From the human T2T-CHM13v2.0 reference genome, Homo sapiens, in NCBI RefSeq assembly GCF_009914755.1, contig NC_060931.1: 64,000 nucleotides of DNA. The stretch is one strand, 5' to 3'. Below are positions 1-64,000 of the stretch, one piece after another. The notes under the pieces are model-generated. The model saw only the letters and a program-made list of their open reading frames with translations, was not told the origin of the DNA and did not search any database. Every line of letters begins with the position of its first letter. Within the stretch, counting starts at the first letter, position 1. The position numbers and the translations under genes were made by a program.

Positions 1-768
1 TATATGGATTAATTCATTTAATATCAGGTTAAGACTGTTATGATCTCACAGAACAGCTGAGGAAACAGAACTACAAGAAGGTTAAAGGGTTCGCCCAAGG
101 CCTTCACCTGGCAAAGTAGTGGCGTTTGGATCTGGCAGTGATTTCGCAGCTTGAGACCTATTTAATAACAGTGTGAGAGAAGGGTCACACAGTCAAGCAA
201 AAAAACAGACGAAACTCTGGTATAGCGAAGGACCAAAAGTTCTGCGGGCTGAGCAGGAAAGTTGGCTCCAAATGTCTGCCTGCCTGCCAGCAGACCTCCA
301 GCCCCAACCTTCTGCTTTCCCGGCTTCCCCACCCCCTCATTCCCGACAGACCACAGCCAGCCAGCCAGGAAAGGAGGGGAAAGGTCGCAGTGGGGATGGC
401 TCCTCCCTTCCCGTCTTAGAGCCCTTCTTAAGCAGAGCCCGCCGAGCTCGCTGAGATGTGGAAAGTCACAGGGTTCTTTCCCATCCGGCACGGGCACTTG
501 ACCCGGGTACACGGAACCGCCAGTTCTAAAGCCACCAGCGGCCTTCCCTTCCACGGCGTGTACACCCCTTCCCGGGGGTCCTCCCCATTCCCAGTGTCTC
601 TCCGGGACTCTACTTTCTGAGATCCCCCGTTGCGTGCTCTCAAGACAGACCGCACAGTCTTGGCTGGGTGGGTGGGGGGTGATTAGTAAGGCAGCCTAGC
701 CCCCAAATCTGGACATAAGGCTGGTCTGTGACCTCCTGGCTCTTTAGTTCAAGCCGAAAGCACCCTTA

Positions 769-929
<161 letters not shown>

Positions 930-1448
930 AAATCATCTAGTGGCCAATGTCTTCATTACAGATGAGAAAACCGAGGCCCATTTAAATACCAAGTGACTTG
1001 CCCATATGCAGTTAGGATCCCACACCAGGGCCAGGAGTATTTCACGTTTTCTGAAGCGACACGACAAACTCTCATAGAAAGCAGAGCTTGCAGAGCTTAA
1101 TATGTTGCACAAGGGCCTCACCATTCCAGAGATACCGATGGCAACTGAAACTCGGGATTTGGAATCTTGGTACAGCTATGAAGTGAAACAAAACCAGCTC
1201 TTCAGTCCTTGAAATGAAGAAAATAACGAGTGGGGTAGGGGTCTGGTGCCCTCTGACAATTTAGTGCACCCGAAATCTCTGGGGAAGAACCCACCCTTCA
1301 CGGCGGGGCTTCACGGACACGAAGGCCATCGGTGTTTTTCACCTACTGGGGAGAAGGGATATGTGCTCTCTGACTCCTTCAAATGTTTTCTACAGCAGAG
1401 ATGGCAGTCGAGATTAATACACACGCCTCGTCTCACTCCAGAACACAA

Positions 1449-1643
1449 TGACTCAAAACCGCACGACGTGTACTTTTGGAAACAGCTCCGCGGGAGAGCA
1501 CCCGGGACAATCCCCAAACCCCGTTGCCCGCGGGGTGGGGCCGCGGACGTGCGCCACGTCGTGTGCGTCCCGGGCGTGCGTGCGGCCTCCAGTGCGCGTG
1601 CGCGTGCCCTCCTGGGGCGTGCTCGCGGCTATAAGGGGCGGAG
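1449..1643 (+). promoter_or_regulatory. HILPDA: HILPDA CpG-island promoter: AP-1 site, HRE cluster, NRF1-like repeat, TATA box, GC box
   Basis: TGACTCA 1449-1455; ACGTG 1466-1470 and 1547-1551, CACGT 1555-1559; GCGTG at 1574, 1578, 1596, 1602, 1617; GTGCGCGTGCGCGTGC 1592-1607; TATAA 1630-1634; GGGGCGGAG 1635-1643. HILPDA is an established HIF-1 target. Confidence 0.85.
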
Positions 1644-1657
1644 GCTGGGCGGCGTTG

Positions 1658-1807
1658 CTCTGCGCTCTGCGGCTGACGGCGCTTTTGTCTCCGGTGAGTT
1701 TTGTGGCGGGAAGCTTCTGCGCTGGTGCTTAGTAACCGACTTTCCTCCGGACTCCTGCACGACCTGCTCCTACAGCCGGCGATCCACTCCCGGCTGTTCC
1801 CCCGGAG
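1658..1807 (+). other. HILPDA: HILPDA non-coding exon 1 with two alternative donors (after 1693 and after 1807)
   Basis: Starts about 25-30 nt after the TATA box (TSS approximate). Donors CCG|GTGAGT (1694) and GAG|GTGAGC (1808). No ATG in the exon. Confidence 0.8.
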
Positions 1808-2445
1808 GTGAGCGGCCCTGTGGGCTTCCCCGGCTCCCCACCCCCATCGCTAGAGTGCTCGCCGCGCTAGCAGCCTCGCGTTCCAGGGCTGGGGGTGCGC
1901 CGCCGGGATCCTCTCTGATCGCCCACGCCCCATCTGGGGTCCCCATTCAGCCGTCAGCCCTGTTTTGTCCTAAGGTGGTCCTAACTAGGATCCACGTGGC
2001 CCATCCCACGCCCACAGGTGCTGAGTTAGGCATCCCTGCCATGCCCTCCCAGAGCACCTTCACGATCTCCTTGCTGTCCCAACACTTAGCGTGTTGCGTG
2101 TTAACTACCCTTTGTCTATAAGGTTTGCAATGTGGCCCTAGTATCTTCCAGGGTACCTAACACATTGCAGATATTCATGGTATGTTTGTTAAATAAATGA
2201 ACTTGATAGATTTGACCCTCATAGAGTTATTTGGACTTGCAAAAAGTTTGTAGTTAACTCCAATCTGTGATGTGGGAGAGACTTCTAGGCAGGTTCCTTT
2301 CTCCAGGGCATGTTCTTATATTTCCCATTACCCACCACCCCCCTGCAAAAGGACTGGGCCTATTTCAGGAAGGTGACTGATGCCTGCACTGTAGCACAGG
2401 GGTTGTGCATTGTGCCTTGCAGGAACAAAATTTTCAATAAAGTAA

Positions 2446-2812
<367 letters not shown>

Positions 2813-3052
2813 TGAAGTTTGCAATGTAAAATATTCTTGGAGAGTTGCTGTGCAACTCCCTGGTCCCTGTGTCCCTCACTGGCTAAGCCTCTCCTTCAGC
2901 CCTGTGAGAGGACAGAAGAGTCAGGGCTGGATGCATGCATATCCCCAAAAGGCTATAGATTCATCCTTTCCTCTTTTTTCTCAGGGTCCAGAGGCCTTTC
3001 AGAAGGAGAAGGCAGCTCTGTTTCTCTGCAGAGGAGTAGGGTCCTTTCAGCC

Positions 3053-3244
3053 ATGAAGCATGTGTTGAACCTCTACCTGTTAGGTGTGGTACTGACCCTA
3101 CTCTCCATCTTCGTTAGAGTGATGGAGTCCCTAGAGGGCTTACTAGAGAGCCCATCGCCTGGGACCTCCTGGACCACCAGAAGCCAACTAGCCAACACAG
3201 AGCCCACCAAGGGCCTTCCAGACCATCCATCCAGAAGCATGTGA
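3053..3244 (+). CDS. HILPDA: Hypoxia-inducible lipid droplet-associated protein (HIG2), 63 aa
   Basis: GCCATGA Kozak. MKHVLNLYLLGVVLTLLSIFVRVMESLEGLLESPSPGTSWTTRSQLANTEPTKGLPDHPSRSM matches recalled HILPDA. Exon 2 acceptor TTTTTTCTCAG|G at 2984/2985. Confidence 0.98.
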   Translation: MKHVLNLYLLGVVLTLLSIFVRVMESLEGLLESPSPGTSWTTRSQLANTEPTKGLPDHPSRSM

Positions 3245-3412
3245 TAAGACCTCCTTCCATACTGGCCATATTTTGGAACACTGACCTAGACATGTCCAGA
3301 TGGGAGTCCCATTCCTAGCAGACAAGCTGAGCACCGTTGTAACCAGAGAACTATTACTAGGCCTTGAAGAACCTGTCTAACTGGATGCTCATTGCCTGGG
3401 CAAGGCCTGTTT

Positions 3413-3713
3413 AGGCCGGTTGCGGTGGCTCATGCCTGTAATCCTAGCACTTTGGGAGGCTGAGGTGGGTGGATCACCTGAGGTCAGGAGTTCGAGACCA
3501 GCCTCGCCAACATGGCGAAACCCCATCTCTACTAAAAATACAAAAGTTAGCTGGGTGTGGTGGCAGAGGCCTGTAATCCCAGCTCCTTGGGAGGCTGAGG
3601 CGGGAGAATTGCTTGAACCCGGGGACGGAGGTTGCAGTGAGCCGAGATCGCACTGCTGTACCCAGCCTGGGCCACAGTGCAAGACTCCATCTCAAAAAAA
3701 AAAGAAAAGAAAA
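3413..3713 (+). mobile_element. Alu (S-type) in HILPDA 3'UTR
   Basis: Full Alu with A tail, flanked by GCCTGTTTA direct repeat. Confidence 0.9.
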
Positions 3714-4177
3714 AGCCTGTTTAATGCACAGGTGTGAGTGGATTGCTTATGGCTATGAGATAGGTTGATCTCGCCCTTACCCCGGGGTCTGGTGTATGCT
3801 GTGCTTTCCTCAGCAGTATGGCTCTGACATCTCTTAGATGTCCCAACTTCAGCTGTTGGGAGATGGTGATATTTTCAACCCTACTTCCTAAACATCTGTC
3901 TGGGGTTCCTTTAGTCTTGAATGTCTTATGCTCAATTATTTGGTGTTGAGCCTCTCTTCCACAAGAGCTCCTCCATGTTTGGATAGCAGTTGAAGAGGTG
4001 TGTGGGTGGGCTGTTGGGAGTGAGGATGGAGTGTTCAGTGCCCATTTCTCATTTTACATTTTAAAGTCGTTCCTCCAACATAGTGTGTATTGGTCTGAAG
4101 GGGGTGGTGGGATGCCAAAGCCTGCTCAAGTTATGGACATTGTGGCCACCATGTGGCTTAAATGATTTTTTCTAACT

Positions 4178-4215
4178 AATAAAGTGGAATATATATTTCT
4201 ACTGTGTGTCATGTT
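4178..4215 (+). terminator. HILPDA: HILPDA polyadenylation signal and downstream GU-rich element
   Basis: AATAAA 4178-4183 followed about 20 nt later by CTGTGTGTCATGTTG. Confidence 0.8.
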
Positions 4216-5259
4216 GACTTCTGCTCTTGAAATTCGTGGTAGGGAGGGTCTTAATTTCTAGACCTGAGGTTTAATTTTAACATCTCAATACTTTGGAGCA
4301 GGAAAGTGCTTAAATCACTTTGTTTAAAACATAGTATCAGTAGACTTCTGAATTTGGGGGCAGAGGCAGTTGGGTCTGCCATGTATCAACCAGTTATGTG
4401 AGCCTAGGCCACGATTATTGCAGGCCTGTCATGACTAGATCTGTAAAGAAGAAGAAAAATGATCACCACTTCCAGCCCCTCTCCTTGAGTCTCTGGGGCA
4501 AAGAGGACTATCAGTCCAGGAGGCTGTGGGCTTTTTCTTTTGTACTCTTCAGCGTGTTTTACTTACCCACCAAAAAGGCTGCTTAATTCAGATTGTTCTC
4601 AAAGTCAGTTGGTAAAGTGTCCACACCACACAGATGATTATATCTGCTCTCCCAGATCTAAGCAACTTGGCCTTTACTCAAAAGTTGGAGGGGTTTTTTT
4701 TTCTTGTATCCATCACTCTTGTACTTCCTGTCCCACGTACAATTGTATTCACTCCTTTGCCCTTCAGAATATATTTATTTACACTCCCATCTGGGCGTGT
4801 GCATCATTTTATTAACTTGACTGACTTTTGCTAAAGCGCAACAATGAAGTACAGTGTCTTCTGTTAAGCCAGTTTTGCTTCCTGAGTGTTCTTAAAATGT
4901 CACTACCCTAGAAGCCTGTGGGTTAAGCATCACTTTCATTTATTGCACAGTGGTTGTCACTAGTGTTATTTATCAAGTATTTCCAGTTTCCCACCTTTCG
5001 GGTACATGGTAAATTGGTCCCCTTGTGGCTGGCAGGGTTTATATGACTGTTACTTTGTTAGCATAGTACTACTCTCAAAAGTCTATTTGGCTTTTTCTCT
5101 GGTTTCAGTTTCATGTGCCAGTAGTTACCCTCTTCTAGTCATATTTCTTATATTTGATATATTTTCTCATTCTCATGCTTCTAATTTGGGGTATTTTTGA
5201 ACCTTCAATTGGAGAGCCTGCACCTTAAGTCTCTCCTCCAAGTGGCTTAGTTTAATTGA

Positions 5260-5706
5260 AGTGATCTGTGTGCCACCACCCCCTTGTGGTTGGATGGAGC
5301 CATGTCATTAGTTCTGGCCAATGAGCTGTGAGTGGTAGTGGCTTGCGTTAATTCTACGTGAGAGCATTTCAGTGCTGGAGAAACCTGCGAGGACCTCTTT
5401 TTCCCTCTGTGCAGTGACCAGCAGTGCTTCCTATGGAACTGTTCATTAGTGTAGGTCCTGGAATGAGGATGCATGGCGCAGGGCCCTTAATCTGTCCAAT
5501 CTGACTGTGATGTGGGAGAGACTTCTAGACATGTTGCTTTCTCTAGGGTATGTTCTTATATTTCCCATTACCCCCCACCCCCTGCAAAAGGACTGGGCCT
5601 GTTTTGGGAAGGTGACTGATACCCGCACTGTAGCACAGGAATTGTGCTACTGATATCTGGGGGTTTTGTTAACTGAAGTGTAACTTAGCTTATCCTGATT
5701 GGTACA
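5260..5706. mobile_element. MLT1 (MaLR) LTR remnant, interrupted by a 150-bp insert
   Basis: GTTCTGGCCAATGAG...GTG motif and terminal TAACTTAGCTTATCCTGATTGGTACA resemble MLT1 consensus from memory; boundaries approximate. Confidence 0.55.
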
Positions 5707-6042
5707 TTGTGTACAGCACCTATTGGATGCCAGGCATCAGCTAATACCTCATCGCTACCTGCCTCAAATGTACACAAGGTATTGGGAGGAAGGCATGTGA
5801 ACAAATAATGTGTCATGGTTTTGTGATAGAAATACGTATACAGGATAGTGGGTATATAAAGTTATTTGTAGGCAGGAGAGGGGTGTTCAGGAAAAGCTTC
5901 TTAGAGGATCTCAATTTTTTAAAAATGCGTAGGTTGTAGGCTGCTGGCCAACTTAGGAAAAGGTGTCTCAGCGGAGGGAACAACGGGAGCAAAGGCATGG
6001 AGATGAGCCTATGCACAGCTCATTTAGAAAACTGCAAGTTCA

Positions 6043-7332
<1,290 letters not shown>

Positions 7333-7473
7333 CTAGTACCACCTAGTGGACCCTAAAGAAGGGAATATTTTATATACTGTATGCTGTGTAATGCTTTCTG
7401 AATTTGAATGACACTACCTCTGAAGCTTAAGATAACTATGAGAATATTAAGGGCTGGAAGATAAGATCTAGCC

Positions 7474-7730
7474 CAGCACTGTCCAATAAAAACATAATGC
7501 AAACTACATATATAATTTAAAATTTTCTAGTGTCCCATTAAGGAGTAAAAAGAAACTGAAGATATTTTTAACATATTTAACGCAATGTATTCAAGATATC
7601 ATTCCAAAATATAACATAAAGTGTTATTAATGAGATATGTTAAATACTTTTTTTGTGATACTAAGTTTGTATACTGGTGGGCATTTTATACTTAAAATAT
7701 GTCTCTACTTGGATTTGCCACACATTTTCT
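7474..7730. mobile_element. MER33/MER3-like hAT DNA transposon, truncated
   Basis: CAGCACTGTCCAATAAAAACATAATGC...AAATTTTCTAGT...GTAAAAAGAAAC; other terminus not found after the adjacent Alu. Confidence 0.6.
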
Positions 7731-7750
7731 TTAGTTTTTGTTGGTGGTGC

Positions 7751-8020
7751 TTTTTTTTTTTTTTTTTTTTTTGAGAGTTTTGCTCTGTCGCCCATGCTGG
7801 AGTGCAGTGGCACAATCTCGGCTCACTGCAACCTCTGCCTCTGGGTTCAAGCAATTCTTGTGCATCAGCCTCCTGAGTAGCTGGGATTACAGGCACCCAC
7901 CACCATGCTGGGCTAATTTTTTTTTTTTTTTGGTAGAGATGGGGTTTCACCATGTTGGCCAGGCTGGTCTCAAACTCCTGACCTCCAGTGATCTGCCCAC
8001 CTTGGTGTCTGTGCTGGGAT
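7751..8020 (-). mobile_element. Alu, truncated at its 5' end
   Basis: Poly-T then reverse Alu; breaks off after GTGCTGGGAT. Confidence 0.85.
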
Positions 8021-8226
8021 CCTTTTCTGTTAACTTGCTTATAAAAATGTCACACTCTGTATTAAGACATAAGGAGTTAGAAAATCACTGTAAAAATAAA
8101 GTTGCTTGTTGTACAGGTACTAACAAGCATTTTCTGAAATGGAAATTTGTTTTTTTATTAACCTAATACAAATAAGGTTCAAGCACTGTATTTAAATATT
8201 TAAAAGATAGGAGTTTCTTAAAATAC

Positions 8227-8300
8227 CACATATGGTGCTCTTTCTTGTGAGCTTGCTTTTCTCCACAATTTGGCAATTTGCTTCACTCTAGTAGTCCAAT
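8227..8300 (-). pseudogene. KMT2C: Orphan duplicated exon of KMT2C (MLL3), HMG-box segment
   Basis: Minus strand CTGTTCTTTTGTTGCAG|AT TGG ACT ACT AGA GTG AAG CAA ATT GCC AAA TTG TGG AGA AAA GCA AGC TCA CAA GAA AGA GCA CCA TAT GTG|GTATTT = (D)WTTRVKQIAKLWRKASSQERAPYV, identical to the recalled KMT2C sequence; canonical AG/GT. Confidence 0.88.
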
Positions 8301-8571
8301 CTGCAACAAAAGAACAGAATATAACACTTTCTCAGAGCCATGCTAATGATGTGTTGTATTAAAGAATGTTGATGAACTGCTGACAGTTAATCTTATTCAG
8401 GCCGTATTCTCATGAGGTCATAGATCTATATTAAGTTTTTTTACAAAGAACAAAGATCCTGGCACACTGTAGGCCAAACAAACGTTTTCTAAATGAAGTG
8501 TTGCCTTATTAACAACCTAGCTTGTAGGTTGGGAAGTTTTTAGATTCAAGGGACAAAGTAGCAAAAATGTG

Positions 8572-12260
<3,689 letters not shown>

Positions 12261-12339
12261 CTTCTATAATAAAATATACTTATTTATTATGTCTTTTTGT
12301 TGTATAATTCAAATTAAAATGTATTACCTTCTTTTTTAA

Positions 12340-12489
<150 letters not shown>

Positions 12490-13203
12490 TGAGTTCCTTC
12501 CCAGAAATCACTGACAAAAATATTGTCCACTTCAATACTACACCATAAAACCAAGAGAATTTTTATCTGCTCTATGTCTTTAAAATGAGACAAGGTTGTT
12601 TCTCATGTTTACCCATTGTAATAACACCATTTCTTTCTCTATAATCAAATGGATTCAAATGTTAAGTGTTATGATTCATCCTGCTATTCACCTATGCAGC
12701 TATACTCACTGTTATTTCTGGGACATTCATTTGTGTTATTCCAGAAATATCAAACTAATTAAGGTAGTTAACCAACAGTCACAGTGAGTAGTGTACTCAG
12801 AGATTCATGGTGAAAGAATCTTACATCCTGAGGCCTCTAGCCCTGGGGCACCAGCTGCACCAGGGCTAAGAAGCTTGAGAAGATCAATAGTTTGGTATTA
12901 ATACATTGGAAATCTTGGCATTAGGTAAAGAACAGCTAGGGCAAGTATTCTTTGGGCTATCTCAATCTATCCTCCTTGGTTCAGCTGCCACCTATGTACT
13001 GATTACTGTTAAAGTTGTCACTAACCTAACTTCTTTCCTCTATTTCTGACCTATCTCACTGACCACTTGATGACTATTTCTGCCTCTACGCAGGGTCTCA
13101 TAACATAACAAACTCAACGTGTCCAAAACAAAACTCATCATCTTCTGCAGCCAACTGGTTCTCCCCTGGGAATTCTGTATCTCAGGTGTTTTTTGTTTGT
13201 TTG

Positions 13204-13206
<3 letters not shown>

Positions 13207-13250
<44 letters not shown>
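13207..13250 (+). repeat. (TG)22 microsatellite
   Basis: Perfect dinucleotide run, followed by a short antisense L1 3'-end fragment at 13263-13323. Confidence 0.98.
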
Positions 13251-13253
<3 letters not shown>

Positions 13254-13459
13254 AAATAAGGTCAACTTTTATTTTAGATCCACGGGGTACATGTGCAGGT
13301 TTGTTATGAGAGTATATTGCATGTGTCTCAGTTGATAGCATCTACTCAGTCACTGAAGCTAGAAGGCCAGGAGCTATCCTTAACTGGGGTTTTTTCCTCA
13401 TTCCTCACATCTGCTAATCCCCAAGTCTGGCCGATTGTCATTCTCTTAAAGATTTTTCA

Positions 13460-21540
<8,081 letters not shown>

Positions 21541-22379
21541 GTACTAATTACCAATGTGCTATGTCTAGCACTGCACTAACCCTTTCCTTTTTTAAAAAAA
21601 TTCATCTTTCCCTTTATTCTGACATTATGACATTAAATAAAGTCCAAGAGATATTGGGCTGGTCCTTGTTTGGTCTCTGCCCTTTCCTTCTTTTCCAAGT
21701 GGTATTCATCATGCTTCTCTTGGAAGTCTTCTCAAATAACCTTATGTCTATAACATACTTTCTTCTAGATTCTTTTGAGAGTCTATTTGTATTAGATCTA
21801 GAAATAGAAATGTAAGGCTGAAATGTATTACTATGACAAACTGTATGTGTGTATTACAATCTTAATTGTGCTAATAAGGATAATTATAATAAATATAATA
21901 TGGATGATTCAAAAAGGTTAGATGGTTATAATTAAAAAAAAATTGTCCTTGGATATTCCATTTGATTTGCTAAGCCTCGTGTTCTCTAATTTCATATATC
22001 CATCTCCCCCACCCCAACCAAAATATATATACACACTGTGTATACATATACACCCACACTATGAAGAGCTGACTATAGAAGCGGGAAATTGCCCTGTTTC
22101 TTTCCGCTGCTTGCTACCTTCTTCAGTTCTGGACATCGGCTCCGCAGTGGAACTAGGTAGCCTCAACTCTTATAATGATTCAAGATTATTCCTGTTTTAC
22201 AACTTGAGGGAAGCTGGGGAACCTGTTAAGAGGATCCCAGCAATGAACTGGGCCTCAAGTGGAATGTCTCCCACTTTCTGCCTAACCTGCACGTCCATCA
22301 GCACCTCATCAATGAGATACGACTCCTCCGGGGAGAATTTCCCCCTGCCTGGTCCCCTTCCCTAGAGAGCCCTTCGCCA

Positions 22380-22550
22380 ACCCTGGGAAAGCCCCAAACG
22401 ACAGCTCCCGAGCGCCACCCGGACCAGACTCCAGGACCGCCCTGTCCCGCCACCCTTTTTCCCGCCCAGACTCCACGTCTTCTGAAAGAGGGCGTGGCCC
22501 GCAGGAAGTTCTCGCGTTACGGAAAGTGAAGTGTTTCCGGCTCCGGTGTC
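22380..22550 (+). promoter_or_regulatory. METTL2B: METTL2B TATA-less CpG-island promoter
   Basis: CpG-rich about 22380-23050; ETS/GABP-type CAGGAAGT 22502-22509 and TTTCCGG 22534-22540; TCTCGCG (BANP/ZBTB33-like) 22510-22516. Confidence 0.7.
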
Positions 22551-47721
<25,171 letters not shown>

Positions 47722-47792
47722 GAGGCACCTGCTGCCAACACGATGCAAGCCCGTTGTGTTTCCGAGCTTTTTTAAAAAAAAATTTGTAGCAC

Positions 47793-51920
<4,128 letters not shown>

Positions 51921-52385
51921 CCCCACTTAATGGGTTTTCAGAGGTGGGAGCAAAGAATGAAGGGAGGAAGAGAGCTCCCATCTTTTCCATTACCGTATTT
52001 ACTTAAAACTGGAAAAAACTGAATCACTGGGATGGTATTTCATTTATCTTTTGAAATGAAGAATAGATACATTAATTTAAATGATTCTCTAAAGACTGTC
52101 CTTCAGCATCCCTAAAGCATTGCAAAACTATAGGCACAGTTTTTATTTTATCTTTCTGGCACCTGGTTTGGGCTTTGGCTTAGATTAAAAAGACGAGCCT
52201 TCTCCTGCCCCTGCTCCCTTTTATTCCCTGCCATCTGCTAAGCTCGACTTTTTATCTCTCAGGCCAAATTTGACTCTGTAAGGGACTTTGCATAACGTTT
52301 CATCCTCAGAATCGCTAATGATGGGCAGAGGACTGTTACATGTGTTGGGAGGGATTAAAGTATATGACCTCAGTGCCACTTAAAA

Positions 52386-52391
52386 AATAAA
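52386..52391 (+). terminator. METTL2B: Candidate distal METTL2B polyadenylation signal
   Basis: AATAAA in unique (non-Alu-tail) sequence after the Alu array; other AATAAA hexamers occur more proximally. Confidence 0.5.
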
Positions 52392-52401
52392 TACTGTCTC
52401 A

Positions 52402-62440
<10,039 letters not shown>

Positions 62441-63179
62441 AAAAAACAATAGAATACAAAGAATTAATTAATACAGCAGTCCTAGTGGCCCCCATAGTGA
62501 AATTCTAATGCCTTGCAGAGAACAGAATCAAATTGTCAACCTCTGTAGGCTATTCTGTATTCACAGATTCATTTGTAGAAGATGCATTTCATTACACGTT
62601 GTGTTTTTAGCAGTTACAGTGATGGCATGTTCCTTGGCAACTTCAGCCTGGAGAGATGAGATTTGTAGCAGAAAGCACTCATCTGCATTTCTTGTCTTCC
62701 ATCTCAAAGAGCAGTGAAGAGGCTGTAAGGCCGTCTGGTTTCCGAGGAACTTCAGCTTTACCCTCAGGCAGGTTCCACTGCTCCATCAGGCCTATGACAC
62801 TGTTAGGGGCCCTGGAAACTGTTTTAATTAATTTTAAAATCAGAAGAAAATATGCATATAATAATAATGAATATTATGAGAATGAATCTAGACCAAATGA
62901 TGATCCCTTACCCCCGCCCTTGTCCAGGTGAATGGAGAAGGCCATGCATGTGTCCTGAGCTGAGCCAGTCAGAGCCCCTGCCCCGGACCCCAGATGGAGA
63001 GGACAGCCTGCTCCAGGCAGCAGGATCTGGACAGTGAGTGCTGGGGAGTTCTGGGAGGCCAGGAAGGTGGAGGGGAGGCAGCCACGGGAGATTCCAGGGT
63101 GACAGCATGGCAGGCCAGGGTGAAAGCAAGTATAAAAGCCCCCAGGCAGGAAAATATCCGCATTCAAGCAGCTAAAGGC

Positions 63180-63830
63180 AGGCCCCGGAGGGTCCCCGGC
63201 AAGAATGGTGGAGGAGGCTGGAGATGAGATAGAGGCAGGGTTGGACCACCTGGGCCTTATAAGCCAGAGGGAGCTGAGGTTTTTTTTTTACTCCAATGAG
63301 CAGCTATTAAAGGGTTTTAAGGGAGGGAGTGACCAGATCTGATTTACATTTTAAAGAGATTAGCACTGTGGAAAGTGTACTGTGGAGGTGGGGCAAGAGC
63401 TGAGAGCCGCATAGAGAGCCCTGGATACTTCTGGACTCTGAATGGGGGGCCAGGCTTCAGCGATGTAGGTGAGGATGGAGACAGGTGGGTCCAAGAGGAC
63501 CTGTGGGTGGAGGGGCTGGAGGGGGAAAGGAAAGGCTGTTATCAAGGATAAATGGTGGTGATGGTCGTGCTGTTCTGCTCCTGAGCTGGGGAAGAAGGGA
63601 AGACATGAAGACTTCTGTTCAGACCCATTGAGGTACCCATGGCACACACACATGGAAGTGTGGAGAAGGCAGTGGAACATGTCAGTCTGGAGTGGGGGAC
63701 ACAGGTCAGGGCTGAACGCCCCAGGATGCTGGAAGTGTGGGTGGCATCAGTGCACAACTCGTGTTTGAAGCCGCAAATCTCTGAGTTAGGGAGGAAATGG
63801 GAATGTGCTGTGACCCAGAAACTCAGAGGA
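63180..63830. mobile_element. L2 remnant
   Basis: AAGGGTTTTAAG...GGGAGTGACCAGATCTGATTTACATTTTAAAGAGAT-type L2 motif. Confidence 0.55.
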
Positions 63831-63906
63831 AACTGCCCTTGTTGAGTCCCTGCTGAAGACAGAATGAAGACAAGACAGAGAAGGATCCTTTCTTTTTTTT
63901 TTTTGA

Positions 63907-63999
<93 letters not shown>

Positions 64000-64000
64000 A

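Noticed and set aside
1246-2121. 291-aa ORF over the HILPDA promoter
   Set aside because: GTG start upstream of the TATA/TSS, runs through the intron, GC-rich low-information sequence with no recognisable homology
2819-3052. 141-aa extended HILPDA ORF in the track
   Set aside because: Starts at an intronic TTG upstream of the exon 2 acceptor; the real ATG is 3053

Overview
Human (primate) genomic DNA, recognisable as the HILPDA - EFCAB3 pseudogene - METTL2B region (7q32.1). The locus assignment comes from recalled protein sequences, not a database search. Two intact protein-coding genes lie on the + strand. HILPDA has a non-coding exon 1, a 63-aa CDS at 3053-3244 and an HRE-rich TATA promoter. 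METTL2B has 9 coding exons at 22551-47721 encoding a 378-aa tRNA m3C32 methyltransferase. Between them are the last two exons of a duplicated EFCAB3, still in open frame, and a full-length SVA. Most of the rest is Alu-dense, with L1, L2, MIR, Tigger1, MER21, MER3/33 and MLT1 remnants. Three observations are not explained by standard annotation. (1) An orphan 74-nt KMT2C HMG-box exon with both splice sites lies on the - strand, abutting the 5' end of an SVA whose flanks do not form a TSD. (2) A chimeric retro-insertion (27-nt antisense tRNA-Glu(CTC) 5'-half fused to an L1PA 3' end) landed at the METTL2B exon 7 donor and duplicated it. (3) An intact 146-codon EFCAB3 C-terminal ORF could be reached by splicing from the ATG-free, hypoxia-inducible HILPDA exon 1. 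Smaller findings include templated insertions, two AluYa5 copies and two METTL2B coding variants. No prokaryotic-type systems (CRISPR, operons) are present.
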